Below, piece by piece: positions 57,006 through 64,000 of a DNA stretch of 64,000 nt. Below the pieces are notes generated by a model. That model made no database searches. It saw nothing but the letters and a program-made list of their open reading frames with translations, and was not told where the DNA came from. The position numbers and the translations under genes were made by a program. The DNA lies in contig CAZAUN010000017.1 of assembly GCA_964488465.1 (NCBI GenBank), positions 5,663-69,662 on the forward strand, written 5' to 3'. Each line of letters begins with the position of its first letter. Positions within the stretch are counted from its first letter, which is position 1. This DNA is from an uncultured Ohtaekwangia sp. Its GTDB lineage: Bacteria > Bacteroidota > Bacteroidia > Cytophagales > Cyclobacteriaceae.

Positions 57006-58496
57006 ATGAATAAGATAAAATTGAGTATCGCATTGCCACTGCTGCTGATGTTTACCCTACAATATGCAGATGCACAAAAGAAAAAGCCGGTTGAACAAGC
57101 GCCACAGTTCCGCGTGGAGAAGGACTTGCTGGGTGAAAAGCAAATTCCATTTGATGCCTATTACGGAGTTCAAACACTGCGGGCGTTAGAGAATTTTCCC
57201 ATTAGCGGAGTGAAAACCAATTTTTATCCGGACTACGTAAAGGCCTACGCCATTGTGAAACTCGCTGCGGCCCGCGCCAATACCGAAGTGGGCAGGATGA
57301 AGCCAGAGCGAATGGCGGCCATTGAGAAAGCCTGTCAGGCGGTGATGGATGGAAAGTATCATGACCAGTTTTTAACAGACTTGTATCAGGGCGGTGCAGG
57401 CACGTCTGCCAACATGAATGCCAATGAGGTATTGGCGAACATTGCCCTGGAGATGATGGGCAAGAAGAAAGGGGAATATCAATTCATCGAACCGCATGAT
57501 GACTTAAACATGGGTCAGTCTACGAACGATGTTTACCCTACCGCCATTCATATCGCTTTGTTGTTACATAACGATAAAGTTGTAAAGGAAGCTGAATTAC
57601 TCGCGCAGGCATTTCACAAGAAGGGTGAAGAATTCAAAAACCTGGTGAAGATGGGTCGTACTGAAGGACAAGATGCCGTGCCCATGACAGTGGGACAGGA
57701 ATTCCATGCCTTTGGGTCGCAGATTGATGCCGCCATTGAAGCGCTTCGCAAATCGGAAGCGTACTTATATGAAGTAAACATGGGTGCCACTGCGATTGGC
57801 ACCGGATTGACTGCGTCTCCCGGTTATGCTGAAAAATGTGTTGCTCAACTTGCAAAAATTACGGGCAAGCCGATTGTTGGACCGAAAGATCTGATTGCCG
57901 CCACCAGCAGCATGCAGGGCTTTGTAATGTTCTCCTCAGCCTATAAAAACCTGGCCGTTACATTATCCAAAATCAGCAGCGATTTGATCTTCCTGGCGTC
58001 CGGTCCGCGTAATGGAATTTTTGAAATCAATTTGCCGGCCTTGCAACCGGGTTCTTCCATCATGCCGGGAAAGGTAAATCCGGTGATGCCCGAGGTGATG
58101 AACCAGGTATGTTACAAAGTGATGGGGAATGATGCAACCGTTACCATCGCCTCCCGTGACGGATTGCTTCAACTCAATGCGTACGAGCCGGTGGTTGCTA
58201 CCTCCATTATGGAATCACAAGCGCTTTTCTTTAAGGTGATGCCTCTATTCCGCAAAAACTGCATCGATGGGATTACTGCTAATGAAGAAGTGCTGAAACA
58301 TTACCTGGAAACTACCGTGGGAATTGTTACGGCTCTTAATCCAGTTCTTGGATATGAAAAGACTACGGAGTTGGCAAAAGAGGCGCTTGACAGTGGCAAA
58401 GGAATTCTCGAACTGATCCGTGAGAAAAAGTTATTAACGGAAGATCAGATTACAAAACTGCTGGATCCGGCCGCCTTAACCGGTCAAAAAGACTAA
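57006..58496 (+). CDS. aspA: Aspartate ammonia-lyase (with an N-terminal signal-peptide-like extension; start uncertain)
   Basis: 496 aa. 'EKDLLGEKQIPFDAYYGVQTLRALENF', 'GAGTSANMNANEV', and the fumarate-lyase signature 'GSSIMPGKVNP'. The alternative GTG start at 57114 would remove the extension. Confidence 0.9.
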   Translation: MNKIKLSIALPLLLMFTLQYADAQKKKPVEQAPQFRVEKDLLGEKQIPFDAYYGVQTLRALENFPISGVKTNFYPDYVKAYAIVKLAAARANTEVGRMKPERMAAIEKACQAVMDGKYHDQFLTDLYQGGAGTSANMNANEVLANIALEMMGKKKGEYQFIEPHDDLNMGQSTNDVYPTAIHIALLLHNDKVVKEAELLAQAFHKKGEEFKNLVKMGRTEGQDAVPMTVGQEFHAFGSQIDAAIEALRKSEAYLYEVNMGATAIGTGLTASPGYAEKCVAQLAKITGKPIVGPKDLIAATSSMQGFVMFSSAYKNLAVTLSKISSDLIFLASGPRNGIFEINLPALQPGSSIMPGKVNPVMPEVMNQVCYKVMGNDATVTIASRDGLLQLNAYEPVVATSIMESQALFFKVMPLFRKNCIDGITANEEVLKHYLETTVGIVTALNPVLGYEKTTELAKEALDSGKGILELIREKKLLTEDQITKLLDPAALTGQKD

Positions 58497-58536
58497 GTAA
58501 GAATAAAATGAACGGACCCCTGTAAACGACACCTGT

Positions 58537-59748
58537 ATGAAATTAATCATGAGAATAATATGGATTTTGTTGGTCGTAGTGTTGCCTTCTGTCCTGTTCG
58601 CTCAAAAGCAGGAACGACAAATCGGTGATACCACCTTTTACAAAACCCTGATTCCGGCAACCAAGCAGTCGCTCCTGAAGAACGTAAGCATGATTGCCAA
58701 TATGAATTTTGCTTTTCGGAATGAGTTTATTGATGGAGAGTATTCGCAGTCGCGGTTCAGAAATGAGCAATTCCGGTTGGAGATCCGCGGCCAGGTTCAT
58801 GAAAAAGTTTACTTCCGTTTTCGCGACCGGTATACACGCGCGCAGACCTCGGAATCGATTGACAATATGAGTCGTTCTGTAGATTTGGCCTTTGTCCGCT
58901 TTGACCTAAGTAAACAGTTCAGTATCACCGCTGGAAAGATGTGTGCCGATTGGGGTGCCTGGGAATTTGACTGGAACCCGATCGACATTTACGAGTATTC
59001 GGATATTGTGGAATATGCGGATAACTTTCTAACCGGGGTTGGCTTTACGTATACGGCCAGTCCGCGGAATCAATGGACTTTTCAGGTATTGGATTCCAGA
59101 ACCAAATCCTTTGATGAGTTGTATGGGCAACAGCCCAATTTTACGGAGTCCAAGGCGCCTTTGGCTTTTGTGTCGAACTGGCGCGGAAGCTTGTTTGATG
59201 GAAAAGTAAAAACCATCTGGTCTTATTCTCTTTTTAATGAGGCACAGAAAGCCGATGGCAGCAATGCAAATATGAATTATATCGCCTTAGGCAATGAATT
59301 CAACTTTAACAAGTTCAGATTTATCTATGATTTTAAATGGAGCGATGAGCAATTGGACAGAACCACGATTGTCAGTGAAACGGTTCCGGATAACCTCTAT
59401 CCCTATTCTTTGGCCAACACACGGTACATTGGACACTGGGTGAATTTGCGGTACATCGTAACTCCTAAAGTCCATCTAACATTGGTGGCGATGCTGGACA
59501 TCGCCCAATGGAAGAATGGAACGAATGATCCGCTCAATACAACCGGTGAAGAAAACATTCGTAACGCCTGGGGCTTCATTCCGGCTGTCGAGTACTATCC
59601 GTGGAGTGATCTTAATATGAAGTTTTTTGCAAACTGGATCGAACGCAGGTATGATTATTCCGACTATGCCGTGCAGCGATTTGGGGTAACGGACTATAGC
59701 ACGGGTCGGTTTACGGTTGGATTCATTTCTCCCCTTGGCATATTCTAA
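58537..59748 (+). CDS. Outer-membrane porin (Porin_O_P-like, tentative)
   Basis: 403 aa with signal peptide ..SVLFA-QK. 'FRNEQFRLEIRGQV' and a beta-strand pattern ending '..FTVGFISPLGIF'. Confidence 0.55.
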   Translation: MKLIMRIIWILLVVVLPSVLFAQKQERQIGDTTFYKTLIPATKQSLLKNVSMIANMNFAFRNEFIDGEYSQSRFRNEQFRLEIRGQVHEKVYFRFRDRYTRAQTSESIDNMSRSVDLAFVRFDLSKQFSITAGKMCADWGAWEFDWNPIDIYEYSDIVEYADNFLTGVGFTYTASPRNQWTFQVLDSRTKSFDELYGQQPNFTESKAPLAFVSNWRGSLFDGKVKTIWSYSLFNEAQKADGSNANMNYIALGNEFNFNKFRFIYDFKWSDEQLDRTTIVSETVPDNLYPYSLANTRYIGHWVNLRYIVTPKVHLTLVAMLDIAQWKNGTNDPLNTTGEENIRNAWGFIPAVEYYPWSDLNMKFFANWIERRYDYSDYAVQRFGVTDYSTGRFTVGFISPLGIF

Positions 59749-59768
59749 TTTATTCCAACTAACGATGA

Positions 59769-61106
59769 ATGGCCGAAGGCAAGTGTTTTTTGACTCTTGC
59801 TTGCGGCTATAGTGTGGCCATGGTCTTCTTCAAAATATGTTCTAGAGTTGGTTGGCTCATGTTGATGATTTCAAGTTCCGGTTTCTGTCAGGAAACCATC
59901 CCGGATGGAACGGAAGGCGAAATGCTGGAGGTCGTGAATCCCGATACCGTGCTGCATGAAACGTGGCGTGACAAACGCTGGCGCTTGTTCCCGGGAAAAT
60001 ATTCATCGCTCAAGTTTGGTGCCGGATTCTTATGTGAATTTGCCGGCTATTCGCAGAATGCTGCCGGCAGACAACAAATGGATTCCATCGGGAGGGCGCT
60101 TGAATCGATGTTTGATGTTCGGGATTTGCGCATCACGGCAAGTGGTCAATTCAAGACCAAACGCTTGTTGACCTGGAAAGCGGGCTTCATGTATAATGGT
60201 GACACCAAGGAATGGCTGGTACGCGAAACGGGACTTATGATTGGTGTGCCGGAACTTTGGGGTAATTTTTTTATTGGCCGTACTAAAGAAGGATTCTCCT
60301 TTAACAAGGTAATGAACGGGTATTCCGGCTGGACGATGGAGCGTCAAATGGCCATTGATGTTATTCCCATTCTGGCCGATGGCTTAAAATGGTTAGGATT
60401 TCTACCCAAGCCGAAAATTTTCTGGAATCTTGGGATATTCACCAATTGGCTTTCAAAAAACCAAACGTTTTCAACCTATGATTGGCAAGGGGCCGTACGC
60501 ATCGGTTGGCTGCCCATTTATTCTCCGGAGGATCATACTGTCTTACACATCGGTTTGAACTTCCGGTACGGGAAACCGGAGGCGGGCGCTATTAAAGTTC
60601 GCTCAAGACCGGAAGCCAACCCCGCCCCGTATTTTATCGATGCAGGTGAATTTAACAGTAGTTACTCCAACCATATAGGAATGGAAATGTATTACTCCGA
60701 TGGGCCCTGGATGTTTGGTTCAGAAGTTTATAGCCATCAGTTCCGTTCCCCGGAAAATGGAAATCCACAGTTTATAGGTGGTGAAGTGGTAGGCAGTTAT
60801 ATCCTAACGGGTGAATCGCGCCCGTATAATACGGCTACTGCTATTTATGGTTTTGTGCCGGTCAACCGGTCTGTATTCGAAGGCGGACCGGGAGCCTGGG
60901 AAATCCTTTTCAGAGCGTCTACGCTTGACCTCAATGGAGGCACGTTAGAAGGCGGTAAATTCTGGAGAATCACTCCCATGATCAACTGGTATCTGTCGAA
61001 AGATATCCGGTTTGAATTGGCCTATGGATACGGAGTGCTGGATCGGTTTAACCTCCGCGGAAGCACCCACTTCTTTCAAAGCCGAATACAACTTACCTTG
61101 TTGTAA
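59769..61106 (+). CDS. Phosphate-selective porin O/P (OprO/OprP) family outer-membrane porin
   Basis: 445 aa (alternative ATG at 59820). 'GAWEILFRASTLDLNGG..GGKFWRITPMINWYLSKDIRFELAYGY' is the characteristic C-terminal block of the family. Confidence 0.7.
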   Translation: MAEGKCFLTLACGYSVAMVFFKICSRVGWLMLMISSSGFCQETIPDGTEGEMLEVVNPDTVLHETWRDKRWRLFPGKYSSLKFGAGFLCEFAGYSQNAAGRQQMDSIGRALESMFDVRDLRITASGQFKTKRLLTWKAGFMYNGDTKEWLVRETGLMIGVPELWGNFFIGRTKEGFSFNKVMNGYSGWTMERQMAIDVIPILADGLKWLGFLPKPKIFWNLGIFTNWLSKNQTFSTYDWQGAVRIGWLPIYSPEDHTVLHIGLNFRYGKPEAGAIKVRSRPEANPAPYFIDAGEFNSSYSNHIGMEMYYSDGPWMFGSEVYSHQFRSPENGNPQFIGGEVVGSYILTGESRPYNTATAIYGFVPVNRSVFEGGPGAWEILFRASTLDLNGGTLEGGKFWRITPMINWYLSKDIRFELAYGYGVLDRFNLRGSTHFFQSRIQLTLL

Positions 61107-61157
61107 TTTTATTGTTTGAAGCGTACGTCCCCAAATGCAAAATCTTCTTTCAAACGG

Positions 61158-61895
61158 ATGCCCGTGTTCTGGTTAATTCGAAACTGGGGTTTGATGTTGG
61201 TCATTGCATCTTCCTCACTTACCCTTCGGGCACAATCCGATACCCAACTCTGGCTCGACTTCCAAACTTCGTATCCGTTTGCAAACCGGTACTTACTGGA
61301 AAACACAGCTTCTTATCAGACCTTATTAAGCCAGGAAGGGAAATGGCGGAATATTAGCATCAGTCCGACTTTTGAGTATGTGTTGTTTCGAAAACTCGAC
61401 CTCCTGAGTGAAATTCCATTGGGTTATACCCAGCAACAGGAAGGTACCAGTTCTTTTGAGATCAGTCCCATGATCGGAGCTCGGTATTACATCACACAAA
61501 ACAGGCGCTTTGAAACCCGGCTTGTTTGGCGGCATCAGACCCGGGCATTCCGGCAAATTGAAGCCAACAACTGGGACATCAGCAACCGCACCCGGCTGAG
61601 AGCCGAACTGTTTTTTTGCCTGAACGGGCCCAACCTCTCTACTGATAATTTGTGGAGTATCTTTCTCCACCTGGAGGAGTTCTTTGTTTATGATCAACAA
61701 GTGGATGAACGCTATGCCAACCGAAGACGCGGGCAGACCGGACTGGGGTATCGGTTAAATTATAAGCATCGGTTTGAATTGAGTTTTACCCTGCAGTCTT
61801 CGCGAAATGAACTGGAGGGTGAATTTATCAGCACGGACAATGTTATTCAGGCAAAATATAAATTGTACTTTAATCCGGCTACACGGGCAAACTAA
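61158..61895 (+). CDS. DUF2490-like outer-membrane protein (tentative)
   Basis: The track start at 61116 is TTG. The ATG at 61158 gives the signal peptide MPVFWLIRNWGLMLVIASSSLTLRA-Q. Beta-barrel pattern. Family from memory. Confidence 0.45.
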   Translation: MPVFWLIRNWGLMLVIASSSLTLRAQSDTQLWLDFQTSYPFANRYLLENTASYQTLLSQEGKWRNISISPTFEYVLFRKLDLLSEIPLGYTQQQEGTSSFEISPMIGARYYITQNRRFETRLVWRHQTRAFRQIEANNWDISNRTRLRAELFFCLNGPNLSTDNLWSIFLHLEEFFVYDQQVDERYANRRRGQTGLGYRLNYKHRFELSFTLQSSRNELEGEFISTDNVIQAKYKLYFNPATRAN

Positions 61896-63100
61896 TGGTT
61901 GATCATCCGATTTTTGTTTTCATGGCCGTGCTGATCTTAGGGTACGGCATCATCTCAAAGCGGGCCGAACAATCCATTATAACAGCACCCATGGTTTTTG
62001 TTTTGGTGGGTTTGCTGGTTAGCTTTTTACCCGTTGAAATTCTGCAGGAGGGGCCCAAGGCGGGGTTGGTAAAAGTTCTGGCCGAGTTAACGTTGATCCT
62101 GGTGCTGTTTATTGATGCTTCCACCATTGATCGTGAAAAGTTGAAGTTGGATCGGTCGCTCCCCATCCGGTTGCTCGGCATAGGCCTGCCCCTTACCATG
62201 GTGCTGGGAGCGGTGATTGCCATTCCGCTCTTCCCTGAAGAGAAAGCCTGGACGCTTATTCTGATGGCCTTCATTCTCTCCCCAACGGATGCCGCCCTCG
62301 GCCAGGCAGTTGTAACCGGGCAGCAAGTACCCCAGCGCATTCGGCAAACCATCAATGTGGAAAGCGGATTGAATGATGGAATCGCCTTGCCACCCATCCT
62401 GGTTTGCCTTGCCGTACTATCGGGAAGTACCGGTGCGGGTCTGGATTTGCCGTATTGGCTTGGCTTTGTTCTAAAACAATTTGTGTTTGGACCCCTTGTG
62501 GGTGGCCTCGTGGGCTGGGCCGGTGGCTGGATCATTGAGAGAGCCTCAAAAAACGGATGGATGAATCACACGTACCAAATGCTGGCATCGCTCGCCATCG
62601 CCATTCTTTCCTTTTCTCTGGCAGAGTTAGTCCATGGCAACGGCTTTATTGCTGCCTACTTTTCAGGATTGCTTTTAGGTACCCGTACGGAAGCTATTCG
62701 CCATCGCATTCGCGAATTTGGGGAAGCTGAAAGTCAGATTATGGTGCTGTTCATCTTCCTGCTGTTCGGGATGTTGCTTATTCCGGTTTCGTTTCCGTAC
62801 TGGGATTGGCGTGCTGTAGTTTATGCCCTTCTGAGTTTAACGGTGATCCGCATGGTACCGGTAGCCATCAGTTTAATCGGCTCCGGGTTGCAACAAAAAA
62901 CGGTTTGGTTCATCGGGTGGTTTGGGCCGCGCGGCATCGCATCCGTCTTGTACCTGCTCATGGCGGTGCTACGATTGGATGTAACCGGTTATGAGCGATT
63001 GATCAGTGTGATTACCCTCACCGTGATGCTGAGTATTTTACTGCATGGAATAACGGCCGTACCGTTTTCAAAATTATTTAAAGCCGGGGAGACCGGATAA
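61895..63100 (+). CDS. Cation:proton antiporter (CPA1/NhaP-type Na+/H+ exchanger)
   Basis: 401 aa with about 11-12 TM helices. 'SPTDAALG', 'ESGLNDGIALP' and 'FGPRGIASV' are typical of NhaP/NHE-like exchangers. The ATG overlaps the previous TAA by 1 nt. Confidence 0.8.
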   Translation: MVDHPIFVFMAVLILGYGIISKRAEQSIITAPMVFVLVGLLVSFLPVEILQEGPKAGLVKVLAELTLILVLFIDASTIDREKLKLDRSLPIRLLGIGLPLTMVLGAVIAIPLFPEEKAWTLILMAFILSPTDAALGQAVVTGQQVPQRIRQTINVESGLNDGIALPPILVCLAVLSGSTGAGLDLPYWLGFVLKQFVFGPLVGGLVGWAGGWIIERASKNGWMNHTYQMLASLAIAILSFSLAELVHGNGFIAAYFSGLLLGTRTEAIRHRIREFGEAESQIMVLFIFLLFGMLLIPVSFPYWDWRAVVYALLSLTVIRMVPVAISLIGSGLQQKTVWFIGWFGPRGIASVLYLLMAVLRLDVTGYERLISVITLTVMLSILLHGITAVPFSKLFKAGETG

Positions 63101-63157
63101 AGCTTTGACGATCAATCGAGCAACCGAATGTCAGCCTTGATAAAACTATTTCTATAC

Positions 63158-63730
63158 TTAGTTATGACGAACGCGCAAACGAACGAAGATATCCTTCACG
63201 GCTTTGCGAACATCGGCTTCCACATCACTTTTAGCGGTGAGTTTGGCTTTGGCCCAACCACCCCAAACCGGAATGCGGGTCTTGGCATCAAACATATCAA
63301 TATAAAGTAACCCTTCTTCGTATTCATGCCGCGAGGCGCCTGAAGATACCGGAATAGGTGCATAGAATCCACCATAATATCCATAACCACCATACGCGTA
63401 CCCTAACCCTGCATTCGGAAGCGGACCTTGACTGTAACCCGATTGCTCATGCACCCGGGTGTCGAAGGTGAAGACGGCTTCGGGTTGCAACGTGTCGAGT
63501 ACAAATCCCTTTTTAAGAAGTTCTGCATTGGCCAGTTCCAGGATCAGTTTTGAATAAATCTTATCATCCCTTCTAAAATCCCCATCCGGATCGCTGGGTT
63601 TTATCCAGGCATAGGTTTTATACCGGGTAAGGTCAACCCCCTTTGCCTGTGTTGAAGAAGTTTGGACACCCTGGCAGGAGAACAAAGAACAAACAGCCAG
63701 AAATATAACGAGTGAAAAAAATACTTTCAT
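63158..63730 (-). CDS. DUF4136-family lipoprotein (paralog 4)
   Basis: The track ORF starts at 63775. The ATG at 63730 gives MKVFFSLVIFLAVCSLFS-C, a signal peptide with lipobox. 'LTRYKTYAW', Gly/Tyr loop 'GLGYAYGGYGYYGGFY', and 'GLLYIDMFD..IPVWGG'. Confidence 0.8.
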   Translation of the reverse strand: MKVFFSLVIFLAVCSLFSCQGVQTSSTQAKGVDLTRYKTYAWIKPSDPDGDFRRDDKIYSKLILELANAELLKKGFVLDTLQPEAVFTFDTRVHEQSGYSQGPLPNAGLGYAYGGYGYYGGFYAPIPVSSGASRHEYEEGLLYIDMFDAKTRIPVWGGWAKAKLTAKSDVEADVRKAVKDIFVRLRVRHN

Positions 63731-63809
63731 GATTAGGGTTCGTGTAGTTAGAAAAGAATTGGCCGCACCAGGCATTCTGATACGGCCAACTTATTATAGA
63801 TTTAAAATC

Positions 63810-64000
63810 TTAATTACCAATAAAAGAGAACCCAACATTCAAGGCAAAGAAGGATTGGGCGGACTCCAGTTCTGAGCCTGCCTTAAATCCTGAATTAAAT
63901 TTGCCCGATACCGTGATGGCCGTAACGTCATTGACCATGTATTGAAACCCTACCTCTGGCTGCAACAAGAAATTCCAGGCTTCTTGTTCCACCGTGTACA
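63810..64000 (-). CDS. Small outer-membrane beta-barrel protein, C-terminal part (5' end outside the window)
   Basis: The frame stays open to the window edge. The C-terminus '..FFALNVGFSFIGN' and its strand pattern resemble 12857..13405. Confidence 0.45.
   Translation of the reverse strand, partial: YTVEQEAWNFLLQPEVGFQYMVNDVTAITVSGKFNSGFKAGSELESAQSFFALNVGFSFIGN

Noticed and set aside
61903-62535. 210-aa ORF antisense to the NhaP-type antiporter. Similar cases are 46066..46584 antisense to cax and 5374..5934 antisense to the cytochrome gene.
   Set aside because: Its Pro/Arg/Thr/Ser-rich composition mirrors the hydrophobic-codon bias of membrane-protein genes, which is a typical antisense artefact.
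1-64000. Window-wide look for CRISPR arrays, tRNA or rRNA genes, IS elements, integrases, phage genes, toxin-antitoxin pairs and known defence-system hallmarks.
   Set aside because: No regularly spaced repeats, no transposase, integrase or reverse-transcriptase-like ORFs, and no long non-coding gaps (the largest is ~233 nt) were seen. tRNAscan-SE, Infernal and DefenseFinder/PADLOC would be needed to exclude small RNAs or cryptic systems formally.

Overview
This is a gene-dense 64-kb chromosomal segment with about 55 protein-coding genes on both strands. I recognised no rRNA, tRNA, CRISPR array, transposase, integrase or phage gene. Signal peptides that end in ...A-Q, many lipoboxes, and DUF4136, DcaP and OprO/P-type outer-membrane proteins suggest a Bacteroidota genome, probably Cytophagia- or Sphingobacteriia-like; that placement is inference.

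All family calls come from motifs read in the supplied translations and from memory of those families. No search was run.

Contents in order:
- A POTRA-less Omp85 barrel flanked by two DUF4136 lipoproteins.
- A five-gene envelope cluster: DUF4239, a DUF481-like barrel, an octahaem c-type cytochrome lipoprotein with TPR repeats, a DcaP-like porin and an alpha-carbonic anhydrase lipoprotein.
- Two diverged TetR + lipoprotein arylsulfatase modules separated by small outer-membrane proteins.
- A CPA2 antiporter.
- A divergent pair of AsmA-family genes followed by a polytopic metallophosphoesterase.
- Housekeeping genes: a Gfo/Idh/MocA oxidoreductase, TrhA, pta-ackA, a cytoplasmic GH13 enzyme and glgX.
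- An RND efflux operon (adaptor, pump, NodT) that continues into DUF202, a barrel, a minimal K+ channel and a DUF4136 gene.
- A DUF1704 (QEGLA/MATCAP-like) gene.
- A translationally coupled cax + VIT-like pair.
- A hypothetical + beta-CASP nuclease + large secreted repeat protein cluster.
- A dcuA-ansB-aspA operon extended by two porins, a DUF2490-like barrel and an NhaP-type antiporter.

No canonical defence or mobile system is visible. The best candidates for something new, all hypotheses:
1. The Asn/Asp operon, in which aspartase carries an in-frame signal-peptide-like extension and which includes dedicated anion-type porins.
2. The lipoprotein octahaem cytochrome-TPR cluster with barrels and a carbonic anhydrase.
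3. The hypothetical / beta-CASP / Tyr-Gly-rich and Asn-Gln-Arg-rich secreted protein cluster.
4. The recurrent DUF4136 lipoproteins next to beta-barrels, including the POTRA-less Omp85.
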